A stretch of DNA of 64,000 nt from Nemertoderma westbladi (Eukaryota > Animalia > Xenacoelomorpha), in contig JAUCBJ010007930.1 of the NCBI GenBank assembly GCA_032718475.1, positions 57,724 through 121,723 on the forward strand, written 5' to 3'. A program made the position numbers and the translations under genes. Shown one piece after another: positions 47,945-61,707 of the stretch (the first letter of the stretch is position 1; each line of letters begins with the position of its first letter). The notes under the pieces are model-generated. The model was not told where the DNA came from. It did no database searches and was given only the letters and a program-made list of their open reading frames with translations.

Positions 47945-48050
47945 ATTATACAATAAATGACTTTCGTCTTCAATTTCGCCCGACTTACATAGACAACATA
48001 TTCTATCTTCTAAGGGTTTGCCCTGATATCGACCCACTTCAATACCCAAC
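47945..48050 (-). mobile_element. CR1/L2-group LINE ORF2 C-terminal fragment
   Basis: LGIEVGRYQGKPLEDRICCLCKSGEIEDESHLL matches the LxIExGRY...C..C...EDExH terminal motif. Confidence 0.75.
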
Positions 48051-51000
48051 TGCAAAACACCGGACCGAAACTGCGCCATGATTGGCCGTTCACTGTGGTT
48101 GATTTTTGACTTGACATAAAGTTCTGTCTCAAAGTTCGTTTTAAACTAGCCAAGACTATTACAAAGAACTATGTCAGTCAGCAGTAAGTAAACTAAAATT
48201 GTCTAAACTGCAAGGCGTGAGGCTAGCTGACTTTGTGGCTCGCCCCACATAATAAAAAATGCAACTTAGCTACCACTAACAAAAATATAATATGAAGAAA
48301 ATAATTTCATTATCAAGAACGTTTACAAGATATAAGATGCGATTACCGAATATTTATAAAAAATGCCCATGATGCACAACCAGATAAATAACAACGAATA
48401 GAGCCAAATAACAAATTTAGTTTCCTTCTATAGGTATTACCCCGTCGTCAAGCGGAATATCTCTTCCCAGTGAATTCTATGTGAATATGTAATGTAGGTA
48501 CTCCTTAGGCGGTAGGCCAGAGCGGGCTCCTTAAATACATGCAACTACTGTATTATAGTGTAGGTCAACTATAAAACATACGTAAGGTGGACTGATTCTC
48601 AGGCAATAGCAAGCACGCCATGGAATGAGGAAGATGGGAACAGCATGGTGAGAAGGGAATTTATTTTTAAGTTCATTATGTTTAGATCAATTAAAAACAC
48701 ATTTCTTAAATCAAATCACTTGAACTAATAAAAACTATTCTACTTGGAAAATTTCTAAACTTTTGCTAAACAACATTGTGTACCAAAGTTTGATTATATT
48801 TCATCGAGGATTGGCTGAGTTATTAACATTTAAAAATGGAATCAACAGAAGAACAGAACCACAGACACACCGATTGGGCAGTTCCACAGAAAATGGACAC
48901 GATATGAAAAAAATAAACCTGTCAAGGCATTTACGGGAGGCTGACCCACAAACCTTAGAACGAGTCTTTCTGTAATTCTTATGAGTGTTATCAAGTGCCT
49001 TGGGGTACCTGCCACACAGCAGGAACACTCACGAAAGTGTGGGGTATATATATATTATCTAATATATATATCTAACTGGATGTAGAATTAATTACTGTAA
49101 GTATAAAGCCTCGGCGCTTACAAACTGCTTCAAGGGGGGTGATAGTTACGTGTAAACCGTTCCGTTATATTGTGTTGTTGGCAAGTAAATGTACGTATGA
49201 CTCATATATTTTACAGGTAGGACACTATGTTGACTCAGTGCGTGGTGAGCGCACAGTTCACTCGTGTTGCTTGCATAATATTAGTAGATGATATTTACTA
49301 GTTGGGAATAATATTGCAGTACTATGGACACACACACTCGCACTAAAATGAACCTCATCTATTACAGACAGGGCGCAATCTGCACTAACCGTGTGGAAAT
49401 CGAGTTGGTTTGATCTCTGGTCCTGTATATTCATTAACAACAGCAATGCAATAATATTAATTAATAATAAGGCAACAAGATGTATGCAACAAGTTGCTAT
49501 GCGCACAACAAGGTGAAATATTACGAGTCCTGCAATTAACGTGACTCGTTCTGGTGGTAAAATTGATGTAAAGGTTACGCCTAAAGTAATGGGATGCACA
49601 TCGACTATACTGTATAAAGGCACAGTAATGCTGTAAAAATAGAACAGCCAATAAGAGGCAAGAATGCCGGAACCGGTGGTTACCAATGAGAGTTCAGCAA
49701 TACCACAACTGCTGCTAGGCAACACGTAAACAAGGTTCATGGAGTTATACAACACAAATCAGGCATAAATGTTACACGCAATGAAATTAAATGATTCTCT
49801 GACAAAATATAAGATTTCGGTATGCAGTTAGCCCGTGCAGCAAAAAAACCTTTCAAAAAATACTCAATAGGTCATGATTTAATGGGTAAAATTTCATAAA
49901 TTTTTAGAATTTGGTAAAATCTATCAGATTTGAGGCTGATTAAGTAGGAATTTTGTCGATTTTACAGTAGGGCCTATATCGGCCGTCAGAGAAAAAAAAA
50001 ACGAAAACTTTGGTATCATTGTAATCAGCCGTAAATGCACATTCCAATGCCAATGAGGTGCAGTAGTTCTACGCCATAAATATAGAACGCTTCTCATACA
50101 ATAAGCCCTAAAAGCTACCTGTATCCAATTGTAAGGTCCGACACGGTCGAGTTGTTACATTTTTTCTCAACTACCTTGGCTATTGAATGTTCCCCCACAT
50201 CGAATTTCGAATTACTCAATGCCGACGCAAGATGGGCGTCTTTTGTGCTATTAATGGTATGTATGTATAATTTATGCTGTGATTTCTGTCATTGATTTTC
50301 AGTAACGTCCGACACCTGTAGCGTCTGACACTATTATTGTGTCATGTATTAAATGTCTAAATCGCAGGTATAATGTAAAGGCATATTCCAGAACATTGCT
50401 TATATGCATGACTCTGTCCATATGATTTTCAATAATAAAATAAATAAAAAATAAAAATAGTTTTCAACATTTAAAATGGTTTTAGATTCGGAATCTGCAG
50501 ATGAATGCGGTGTTCTAATGATATCTAGAGTACATTCCAAAGACGAAAGATAAAGCCGACTGAGGTGGCTAAATATTGCTAATTGTAACGTCCAACACGT
50601 AACGTGTCCGAAACCATTCCAGACAACTTTGAATTGTAAATGTCGGCTTCAAAAGATCTGCAGTGCAATTGCGAAAACCGTCTTGAAAAATAGAATACAG
50701 TAGGCCTACAGTAGTTGAGCCACAATTTGAGCTCAACAATAATAACATACCAGTCTTCGGCATTAAGTGCAATCAAAAATAAAATTTGTGCAATAAAAAG
50801 CGTCCTATTTTGGTAACGTCCGACACCTTTTTAAAAGTCAACTGTGTAAGAAGAATAACGTTTCCCAATGCAGAGTATTTGCGATATTCTGAAAGATTAT
50901 AAAGTGTCTCATTTATTCAAAGCAATTTGATGTCAAAAATTTAAGTATTGTCGCAATTTTAAATAAAAACATTAAAAACCGACAATCGAAACCGTGGAAT

Positions 51001-52494
51001 GGCCCGTATGCTAATCTCGTAGCTCGCCCCACATCCATTACTTCCCCTAGCTCACACTATTCACCACTGCCCACTGAGACAGAAAGGAGAGACATTTACC
51101 ACAGCCAGGAACGGTACGGTACTCTATATAGTGGCAGGCAATGGAGAAAATACTCGCCTGATGGCTTAACCGTCTTCCAGCATAATCTTCCAGCAAGCGG
51201 CCGAAATGAACTAAGTTGTATGATGTTCTTGAGCCATCTAGACATACGTAAAAAAAGGGGCCAAAAAGAGCAATAAAAGGGGACATATAAGAATTTCGAC
51301 AAATTTAGGAGGTAAAAAATGGACAAAATGAGCAAAACAAGAGGACACTGTAATAATAGCTATCTATGTTAACTACAGTATGTAGTATGGGCCTATACGG
51401 CAGTGAAGGTTAATGGAAGATACTGTACTACTGTGATAAAACCATATAAACTCACAAGTTGACATACTATACCATATATATCCATTACCTTTAGATCAAT
51501 TTTACTTAAAACTAAGTTTTTTCAGTTACATGGTTTTGACTTTAAGAGGGCAGTATAATGTATTGGGTTTAGCAGTTTAAAAACAGTTTAGCAGTTGGAT
51601 TTATTGTTGTTCACTTGGTTATTACAATAGAAAGTATTTCGGTCCAATGCCATTATGTCATCTCTGATTCACCTAACTATTCTGACGTCACACGTATGTT
51701 TTATTTTTCCCCAACTGGTACCATTCCTCAGTGAGGCATCCCTAACACGGTGTGGGCTCTGGGTCTGACTTACACCTCGCCTCGTTGGAAAGAAATTAAA
51801 TAGAGTTGTAGTTTATCCTTACAACTCATGTAAAAGTTGTAATCCTTCCTTTCTTCTCGACTCAAGAATCTCGAGCATTTGGTGCCTTGGTTAGGGAAAG
51901 ATGCGGCATAAACTATTACTTCGGCTCTACTGCTGCCCGCATTAATATATTTTATTTTGACTTTAACTAAGAATCCACAAAGCGCCAGGTTATACTATAC
52001 AAGTATACAATATACAAACTCAATGGAATCAAAAACAATCTTCAAGTGAAGTAAACGTTTTTAAGTTTTATTCGGTTGTAAGGACAGGGATTACGCATTA
52101 ACCTCGAGAACTAAAGTGATATTTGTGAGAAGAGGTTAGGTTATATAAAATATCGGCGCCATTTTTAGCTAAAAAGACCGAACGGCAGAGAGGTTATCAC
52201 GATAAAGGGTATAAATATATACAGTACAAATACTGTATACATTAACCCTGCCGCTGTAAAGTGCTCCCAATTCACTGAATTGTTAAAGTGATCGTTTATT
52301 GTTTTGGTAAAAAAGGAATAAGTGCAGGAATGCTACTAATTTATAAGTTTGACTTTGATTCATTGATTAATTTCGTTTATGTTGCATTAAAATCAGATTC
52401 ACTGAAAACATTAATAACCTTAAAATCGATGTATTTAGTCAGTTACAAATATATATAATTCACTACAAAATACAACAATTTTGTTACCGGTAAC

Positions 52495-53632
52495 TTAAAG
52501 ATTTATGAACAGAATTGATATGGGTGTTTAGGCAGTCTTGCCGACTGAATTATTTATTACAATAACCGCATTTATGTTTGATATCTTGGTGAACGTATTC
52601 GATATGTTGTTTTAGCAAATGATTTTACACAATGAAAACAGTTTTACTTAATATCTTTATGAAAGTAGTTCACATGGGTGTTTAGATTCACTTTCTGGCT
52701 GAATTATTTATTACAATAACCGCACTTATGTTTGATATCTTTATGTATAGAATCGACATGTTGTTTTAGTGCGGCTTTTGTAGCAAATGAATTTCCACAA
52801 TCAGAGCAGCTATACTTGATACCTTTGTGGGCAAAGTTAACGTGGGTGTTTAGACTCTTTTGATAGCTGAATTCTTTATTACAATAACCGCACTTATATT
52901 TAATATCTTTATGTGTAGAGTCGACATGTTGTTTTAGAGCGCATTTTTTAGCAGATGATTTTCCACAATCGGAGCAGCTATACTTGATACCTTTGTGGGC
53001 AAAGTTAACGTGGGTGTTTAGACTCTTTTGATAGCTGAATTCTTTATTACAATAACCGCACTTATGTTTGATATCTTTATGTATAGAATCGACATGTTGT
53101 TTTAGTGAGGCTTTTGTAGCAAATGAATTTCCACAATCAGAGCAGCTATACTTGATACCTTTGTGGGCAAAGTTAACGTGGGTGTTTAGACTCTTTTGAT
53201 AGCTGAATTCTTTATTACAATAACCGCACTTATGTTTGATATATTTATGTATAGAGTAGACATGATGTTTTAGTTCGGCCTTTGAAGCAAATGATTTTAG
53301 ACAATCGTAGCAGCTATACTTGATGATACCTTTGTGGACAAAGTTAACATGGGTGTTTAGACTACTTTGCCGGCTGAATTCTTTATTACAATAACCGCAC
53401 GTATGTTTGATATCTTTATTTATAGAGTAGACATGATGTTTTAGTTCGGCCTTTGAAGCAAATGAATTCCACAATCGGAGCAGCTATACTTTATGATACC
53501 TTTGTGGACAAAGTTAACGTGGATGTTTAGACTACTTTGCCGGCTGAATTCTTTATTACAATAACCGCAATTATATTTAATATCTTGATGTATAGAGTCG
53601 ATATGTTGTTTTAGAGCGCATTTGTTAACAAA
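52495..53632 (-). pseudogene. Disrupted continuation of the C2H2 finger array
   Basis: Fingers continue past the TAA at 53633; 1-nt deletion near 53468 (aattcc versus aatttcc), second in-frame TAA at 52704, further decay to ~52495. Confidence 0.8.
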
Positions 53633-54586
53633 TTATTTTCCACAATAGCAGCAGCTATACTTGATGATACCTTTGTGGGCAAAGTTAACGTGGGTTTTTA
53701 GACTCCCTTTCTGGCTGAATTCTTTATTACAATAACCGCACTTATGTTTGATATCTTTATGTATAGAATCGACATGTTGTTTTAGTGCGGCTTTTGTAGG
53801 AAATGAATTTCCACAATCAGAGCAGCTATACTTGATGATACCTTTGTGGGCAAAGTCAATGTGGGTGTTTAGATTAATTTGATAGCTGAATTCTTTATTA
53901 CAATAACCGCATTTATGTTTGATATCTTTATGTACAGAGTCAACATGTTGTTTTATGACGTGTTTGTAACTGAATTCTTTATTACAATAACCGCATTTAT
54001 GTTTTATATCTTTATGGGTAGCGTCAACATGCTTCTTTACATAATTTTTTATTTTAAACACTTTATCACAATAATCGCATTTATACTTATTCTTGACGTC
54101 TTTATGAACGGATTCTATATGTCTATCTAAAATTCCTTTGTTATTAAATAATTCATTGCAATGCAAACAGGAACTGGTGTCTGAAGAAGATACCAACTCC
54201 CCAACAGTTTCATTAGAACTACCGGAATCTATTGTTGCACAACTGATTGTCGGTTCTGTACTTTCAGTTCCAATGGGCCTATCATACGTACAGTCTGGAC
54301 TATTGTTTTCCCGTTTTTCAACAATAAAAGAATCTCCAGATGGTTCATAAGAAATATCTTCGTCATCTAGTTCAGGGACAACATCTACTCTACCGAACAA
54401 ATTGTTGTGATCTTCGATGGGAGATGATCCGTAAACGCACTTCCCTTGATTAACATCAAGATAATAGGGGGTGGAGTCTGTTGGTTCTTTCTTTATGATT
54501 ATAAAGTCTGTCTGTTCTCTCTTTATAACTATATCGGCGCCAGATGATTTCTCTTTCAATAAATTAGTATGTTGATCCATTATCAA
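53633..54586 (-). CDS. C2H2 zinc-finger protein (acidic IKxE-containing N-terminus, then tandem CxxC...HxxxxH fingers)
   Basis: IKREQ/IKKEP; KHKCGYCNKEFS...HVNFAHKG / KYSCSDCGNSF...KQHVDSIHKD alternating fingers. Confidence 0.8.
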   Translation of the reverse strand: MIMDQHTNLLKEKSSGADIVIKREQTDFIIIKKEPTDSTPYYLDVNQGKCVYGSSPIEDHNNLFGRVDVVPELDDEDISYEPSGDSFIVEKRENNSPDCTYDRPIGTESTEPTISCATIDSGSSNETVGELVSSSDTSSCLHCNELFNNKGILDRHIESVHKDVKNKYKCDYCDKVFKIKNYVKKHVDATHKDIKHKCGYCNKEFSYKHVIKQHVDSVHKDIKHKCGYCNKEFSYQINLNTHIDFAHKGIIKYSCSDCGNSFPTKAALKQHVDSIHKDIKHKCGYCNKEFSQKGSLKTHVNFAHKGIIKYSCCYCGK

Positions 54587-57124
54587 ATCTTCGATAAATA
54601 TTAATCAATAAATTAAATACAGATGGCAGTAGTTTTAGGTATGTCAAGCTCTTCACTAATATAAATTTCATGCGATGTAAATATAATAAATAGATTATAT
54701 AAGGGCGTTTAAAAGTTGCATGTCGCTGTAACGGAATGGAGCAGGTTATAGTGACAGTGAGAAGCAAATGGAACCAAAAGAAAACTATCACTACTACAAC
54801 AGTACCAGCAGTACCTACAGTACCAGTACGATTCGAGAGTAAAGGTTTAGGTGATTTATTAGATATGTTATTGGCGATTCAATTAAAGAGTCAGAGTGTG
54901 CTACGTACGGTCGCGGTTGTATGAAACTACGACAGTTCCTATGTAGCAAACTTCGCCCGCGTTTGAAATTAAGTAATTAATTACCGGTACCTAATACTTA
55001 AACAAAAACTCAAGTTCGCGTAGCTGATTATGAAACCGTAACCTGTAAAGCTAGTCGCTACAGACATTGTCAATACTGCTAACTTTTAAGGTCATTTTCA
55101 CTTGGTTGTTATGGTATTTTCCAAAAACTAAATATGCTATTAACTTCATAATATCAAAAATAGTAATCTTCCACAAATTTTAACTCATCATATCTATAGA
55201 TATACTATAAGAGCTGTTGCTATGGCAGTTTCCTCCGTTGCTATGTTTAAGACCCTCTAAAAAACCAGCTCATCCGTTTGGTGAAGTCTACCCAATTTGT
55301 TTATAATGTCCGATATCAGTACTAAACATCTATATGGTGTAGCTCAGTCGTATAAAAAAACACTTACGGGGTCATAGACTGGAACCTGTAGTACATATAG
55401 AAACACCTAGATTTATAAACATTGAGGCAGAAAACAACAGTTGGACAATTTTTTACCGACGAAAATACGAAATTAAACATCATGATTATTGAAATATTTC
55501 CGTTGCTATGTTAACCCGACTGCCCGAGCGGGTTTTATAAATTGCAGAACGATAACAATTCAACCAGTATGTAGGAGTGTGGAACAATTCAACCAGTGTG
55601 GATACACTGCGTTGTACCGGTGCTAAACTAGACTTTTAAATGATACCGACTGAACTATGAAACTGCAAGCTTGACGATGAGTAGGTGTGGCATTCAAGGC
55701 GATAAAAGCTCCGTTAGATGGAAACCACAACGAGTCTAAACGACAAAACGAAGTTTGGACTTCGTCGTCTTCATTCTGAGTTTATTGGATATCAGTCTTC
55801 CATTCCGGGTTTATTTGGACTCGGCTACTTTGTTATCGGGTTTACTTTTACTCCATGTGCCACCTGCCATATTAATGTTCAACCGAGAATTTTACGCCGC
55901 CACATCGTATTCATCGTGAAGCCTTCAGTTAGTCGGAATCGTTAATATGTGATATGAGTAGTCTAGTCTAGTACAGTAGTTCAGTAGTACCGGTACACGC
56001 AGTGCATTCTACTGAAGTACTGGCTAAATTGTTATCAATTCTGAGATTTAAACCTCCTTAAAGTTTAAAACTCCTGGCAACGAACGGTACGGCAACGGTA
56101 GTTAATTATGTCGTTTACTTTTTAATTTTCGCTGAAAAAATATAAAAAAATATAGCAAACCATAGTTTCTCATTTTTGATAAATCTAGGTATTTCTAGAT
56201 GTTTCTGGCCTTTATCAAACTCGGTGTTTATTCTAGCTGTATCGTAAGAATTAAGAATTAAGTATGTTTGAACGACCATTCAGCCATTAATTATCTAATG
56301 TCAGGATTGTTTGGCTAGTGTCGTTCAAACGTACTAATACCGTGTTTCCAGGTGTTTCCAGCCATTTTCCAGGGTTTTCAGCTTTTCAGTACATACCATG
56401 ACTACTCTACCATTGCAGGTGCAGCCATATACAGGTATACGCAACAGTCTGACAGTGCTTACCAGTAATATATGTGAGTGAAAACGCAGAATACACTACA
56501 CTGATTAATGACAATCACAAATATAGGCCTACAGCTGTACAGACCTGCAGACTGACAGACGTCAGGTAGACTATGGGTTCCATGGGTTCAGGACTTAATG
56601 CAACTGACACATAAGGAATCAGAATGCGGATGCATCATCGACCAATCAAAATTGCTCATGATCCCCTTCTATTTCCTTAGAAATTGGAGCCCTCCTATTG
56701 GCTTGTTTTAGTCTTACTCTCAAGATTTGTGGTTTTCAAGCAATGTTAGACTATCTTTCTTATAAGGTTTACTATGAGGCACCCCCCCCCCCCCCCCCCC
56801 CCCCCCATCCCTCCACCCACCTACCGCTGCCAGTTGTCTATTGGCTCTGCTGGCCTTGGAGTTACTCAACTTAGGGAAAAAATCATATTCATATAACTCA
56901 CCGATCCATTCCATTGTTTTTATTTCAATGCTGCTACTTTTTAAATGCTTAAATGATAGTCATTTATTTCTAATGTCGGATTACACCACATAACAAATAA
57001 ATACAGTACTATATAAAATGCAGGGGTGGAAACTTGACGCAAATCCCATCTCGGCAAATTATTATCTGAATACCTACTGTAGATGGATCGGGGGTGTCAT
57101 GGATACTGAGGGAGGGTGTCTGAT

Positions 57125-57143
57125 GTTTCCATGGCAACGGAAG
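57125..57143. promoter_or_regulatory. RFX X-box (GTTTCCATGGCAAC) abutting an ETS-like CGGAAG
   Basis: Matches the X-box consensus GTTNCCATGGNAAC, in a CpG-richer patch. Confidence 0.55.
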
Positions 57144-58214
57144 CAGGTCGCGATCCCCCTTATCCCGATAATAGCGATAAGTCGCTGATAAATTGCTACT
57201 AATTTCGCCGGCTAATACCCTGCTAATTTCGCCGGATAAAAGCCGGCTTTTTGGTTCTAATGTTCTTAAAGCTTTCGAAGGGTGGATTTCGAAGAGAAAT
57301 ATCCGTCGTTTAGTAGACTATTAGCCTTCGATTAGAAGTTTACGAAGCATTTTCGAAGGATAATTCGAAGACAAAAATGCTTATCGTTTAGTAGACTATT
57401 CGCCTGCGATTAGAAGCTTATGAAGCATTTTTCGAAGGATAATTTCATACATTATTAGAAGCATTTTCGAAGCATAAAAAAGACTATTTTTCGAAGAAAA
57501 AAAATGTAACTGCTACTGTACAAACAAGTCCAATCACTGAACCTGCCTGTGGATAGGGGGGGGGGGGGGGGGGGTATCAGCCTATACCTACCTTTATCCT
57601 ACCCTACACCCTACTTCCCTAGCGGCGTACAATACGTTATACACTTATTAATGGGAGCGGCTGAGTATATAGAGGAAATATATAATCAATGTAGATTTGA
57701 GGGTATCTATGGAAACTTTAGGTGATAATCGAAAAATTCGAATATGTTAGTTTAAATTTAAATAATTTCCCATATTTTCAGCCATATTAGATTATTCGTG
57801 TTGATGAATCTAGTAAAATTAATTAAATTTAGATGCATTTAATTAATAATTATCCTTCTCTGATGATGGAAATAATGCATTATTTGCCTGATAAATTATC
57901 TTCGTTTTCGAATACAATTATCAGCCATATAAAGAATTGATAATATTTTACATACTGTAGTTACTCTACTGCTGTATACTGTATAAAATATATTCTTAAT
58001 TAATAATAATTTTTAAATTCTTTAATTTAATATTCAAATTTTAATATCTAACATTTTAATATTCAGATATTTTCTTGCTAACATGCACCCCGGTCACCCT
58101 GTACCATCGGCACATACACCGGTACAACATCGCAGCACAGTTTGCAGTTACGTACCTGCTGACCGCTTGACCTGCTTACTTTTTATTCAATTATTTATTA
58201 ATTTATTAATATTG

Positions 58215-58340
58215 ATTACTGCAGTAATAAATATTTGTTACTGCAGTAATAAATATTTGTTGCTGCAGTAATAAATATTTATTACTGCAGTAATAAATAT
58301 TTGTTACTGCAGTAATTATTATATGTTACTGCAGTAACTA
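58215..58340. repeat. ~22-bp minisatellite with palindromic ttactgcagtaa core
   Basis: tactgcagtaataaatatttgt units. Confidence 0.8.
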
Positions 58341-58573
58341 ATATTTATTTCTGCAGTATTTTTTTGTAGGTAATTTTATTGTTTCAGAGAGGTTTTATTA
58401 ATTTATATTTTGACTCTTTAGAGACGCCATAATTGCGGGCTATCGGAATGTGTCTTAGACAGTTTGTCTGTTGCCCTATCTCTATAAATTTATGATAATA
58501 CTGTACACGAATCTGGACCGAACTGAACCGAACTGGATCGAAAGAGTGGCGAACTGGACCGCCAAATGAAAGA

Positions 58574-59476
58574 TAATATAAAAACAATCATCCATGCAGA
58601 CAGGTGAAAATTAATATTGAATTTCAATTGGTCTTTTCATACATTATAAATTTAGTTGCTTATAAGATGTCGCTAAATTAAGATTACTTGATTCACATAA
58701 AACGCTGCTGTACTCCTTTTACCAGTAGGCCTACCAGTAGCAGGTATCTGGGTTTATAGATTGCAGTATTTTGCGTACCGGTACCGGTAGTTGTATTCAA
58801 CGCCCAAGACAACCAAGTCTCTATCCGCCTCGAGAAAACGAGAAACTCGATCGAAATGCCTCGGGGGGGGGGTTATCCGTCCGTAATCGGAATCGCCGAC
58901 CACTACGGATTATCCCCGTACCCGTAGAATCCCCGGACCCGCAGGCCGCAGCTTCCGACCCAATTCGATTTATCGAATTGGAATTGGACTCCCACTTTCG
59001 CGCCGCAGAGAATGTAATCCTGTTATCTGGTGCGATACACGTCTATCACACGCAGCCGCCCAGCCCTCCCCCAAGGCGATCCGGTCCGCCGCTAAACCCA
59101 GATCGCATCGCATTCCTCGTCGACGTAAGTCTGACTCTTCCCGCCGCACTCCGTGCTCGGAGTATAGAGTAAGAAACTCGGCAGCGGCCCGCATTACGAT
59201 CCGACTGACCCCGTGTAGAAAATATAATCAAACATTACTGCTTTCATTGCTGCATTGAACACAACTACCGGTACGCAAAATACTGCAATCTATAAACCCA
59301 GATACCTGCTACCGGTAGGCCTACTGGTAAAAGCAGTACAGCAGTGTTTTATGTGAAGTAAATAATCTTAATTTTGCGACATCTTATAAGCAACTAAATT
59401 TATAATGTATGAAAAGACCAAATGAAATTCAATACTAATTTTTACCTGTTTGCATGGATGGTTGTTTTTAGATTAT
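58574..59476. mobile_element. ~225-bp inverted arms enclosing a GC-rich core (MULE/foldback-like)
   Basis: 58574-58803 is the near reverse complement of 59252-59476. Confidence 0.75.
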
Positions 59477-61112
59477 TTTTAGATAGTTTTATTGATTTAT
59501 GAAAATACTGTAACAAACTAACGTTTTATATTTATTGCAGGTTGGTTCTAGAATAATTGATGAATTTAACAATAAATATACAAAGGAGAGACCGAGACTA
59601 TTGGCGAACGATACAGATACCTACAGATGTCTGCATATACCACTCACCAAAACTCCAACCTAATGAAGCTACATGTACAAACTAAACTGGTGCTGTGGAA
59701 TTGCGGTGGAAATGAAAACGGTATTGATACTGTATACAGGAGGGTCACAGCCTTAACGACGAAATCGCATTGGAAACTTTTGTTGTAAGGAATGACAATG
59801 TTTATAATAAGTACAAATTTAATGGACATAATTTCTATATTATACAGTACTGTATGTTTAATGCAATTATAATAATGTAATTATCCTTTATGTATCATAG
59901 AATACAAGAAAAAAACTAAGCAGCTTTATTTTAAACTTCATGGCCTTTATATTAATTAATAATAATTTATAACAAAACTACAGAAATAATTTTATAACTT
60001 TTTACATTTTTGATAAACTAAAATGGGATCTGTACAGATCAAGATAAAATCTGCAAAGAACTTATTGTGATCTTAACATACAGGCGATGCCAGAATGGAC
60101 AAGATCTTTACGAGAATCGATAAGATCGTTATACAGTACAGATCTTAGTGGAACTAATAATTTATCACACTAAGGTAGAGAATTGCATACGTTGATCAAA
60201 TTAATCATATTGACACAGCCTGCGGTCTCTAGTACATACAGTATATGTACAGTAGGATATGCCAATATTGCAAACGCTCGAGAGGTATTTGCCCGTAACT
60301 TTCTAAAATATTGGAACTTTTTCTTTAGTATGCCCATACAAAATTTTGTTGAAAATGGTTAAAATCTTCAAGTTATTTACGAATGTATTTTTCATTAAAG
60401 ACAGATGGACAGACATAAAGATGGACGCACGTACATGAAATTTTTCCCTTTTACTAATTATCATTGTGCGTTAAGGCTCGCCTTTACTGCGTGGCTCGAC
60501 CCACAATCGCAGAAAACCATGATCACGAAATTTTAAAAATTACGTGTATCACCAAGAACGAAAACTCCAGAAAGTTCCAGAACGAAAAATACCTGTTATG
60601 CCTCTGAACTAAACATTAGATATATTGTACTGTATGGCCTACTCAACTCCACATCCAAAAAAACGATGTAAATGTGAATTTGTATGGTTTTTGGCAACTT
60701 TATAATTTGCTTTATAATTTTTTATTTTGAAAAATCCTGACATAGGGTGCGAGAAAGTGGTGAAAGTTAAGTGTAGTTGGATGATAGTTGAATGTAGTTG
60801 GGTGGAAGTGGAGTGTAGTTGGGTGAAAGTGAGTCAAAATTGGGAGTAGTTGGGTGAAAGGGAGTCAAAGTTGAGAGTAGTTGGGTGATAGTTGTGTGGA
60901 GAGCTGGATGTTCTGTGGGACGAGTCACGCAGTCAGGGCGAGCCTTAGCGCACAATTGCAATTAGTAAAAATAAAGCAAAATTTAATCTCCGTCAGTTTA
61001 CAAAAGCCCGCCTTTGTAACCTGCTACTTTCCTTCAATTGGTAACAATATCGTTTATTGTTTTGGTTAGAAAAGCCCGCCTCTGTAACCTGCTCCTTTCC
61101 CTCTATTGGTAG

Positions 61113-61707
61113 TGTGACGGGATCAAAGGATCCCGACCGGTTTGATTTATTTACGGGTCAGCATCACCGTGCGAATGGGAAAAAGAGTTTGTCGTTCTTC
61201 CAATATTATTGATAATAAGATATATGTATGTTAATGAGATATAGGATATGACAGCACAAGCAGTATAGATGACAGTATACCGTTAATGATAATATATTGG
61301 TGACGGCGGTGACGGTATTAGAGTGTCACCGCACTGTCCTAAGTGACTGAGTAAACTGGACAACCGACCGGTAGCTGGACAATATATATGTATGATTAGT
61401 ACACTACTACGGCCTTCGTCCAGTGGATACTCTCCCCCCCCCCCGCTCTCATTGGCTGTTAGCCCACTTCACGCCTATCACCTCTATGGGAGTGCTCCCC
61501 CCCCCCCCCCCCCCGCTGCTGTTACTTTCCCTCTCCAGGAGTTTAACCTCTGACCTCCTTTGTGTGTGGCTCTTTGGGGCCGTGTGTTGTCCTCGTTATT
61601 GGGGGTGATACGAGGTTGATTGTAATCAACCTCGTACTCCCCAATATTGCTTAAAGGCGCCACTTCCCAACTTTATGGGGTGGTGGGCGGAATTGAATCC
61701 GCTCACA
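61113..61707 (-). mobile_element. 3' LTR of a minus-strand LTR retrotransposon
   Basis: TGTGA...TCACA termini; polypurine tract ggggggag immediately inside (61708-61716); internal region continues rightwards. Confidence 0.75.

Noticed and set aside
49258-49755. 165-aa hydrophobic ORF
   Set aside because: No recognisable motif and a non-ATG start; probably a chance or degenerate sequence
49970-51006. DNA transposon with repeated gtaacgtccgacac motifs
   Set aside because: Suggestive, but paired TIRs and a TSD could not be established
55500-56100. Degenerate inverted arms around a short ORF
   Set aside because: Similarity too patchy to define boundaries or family
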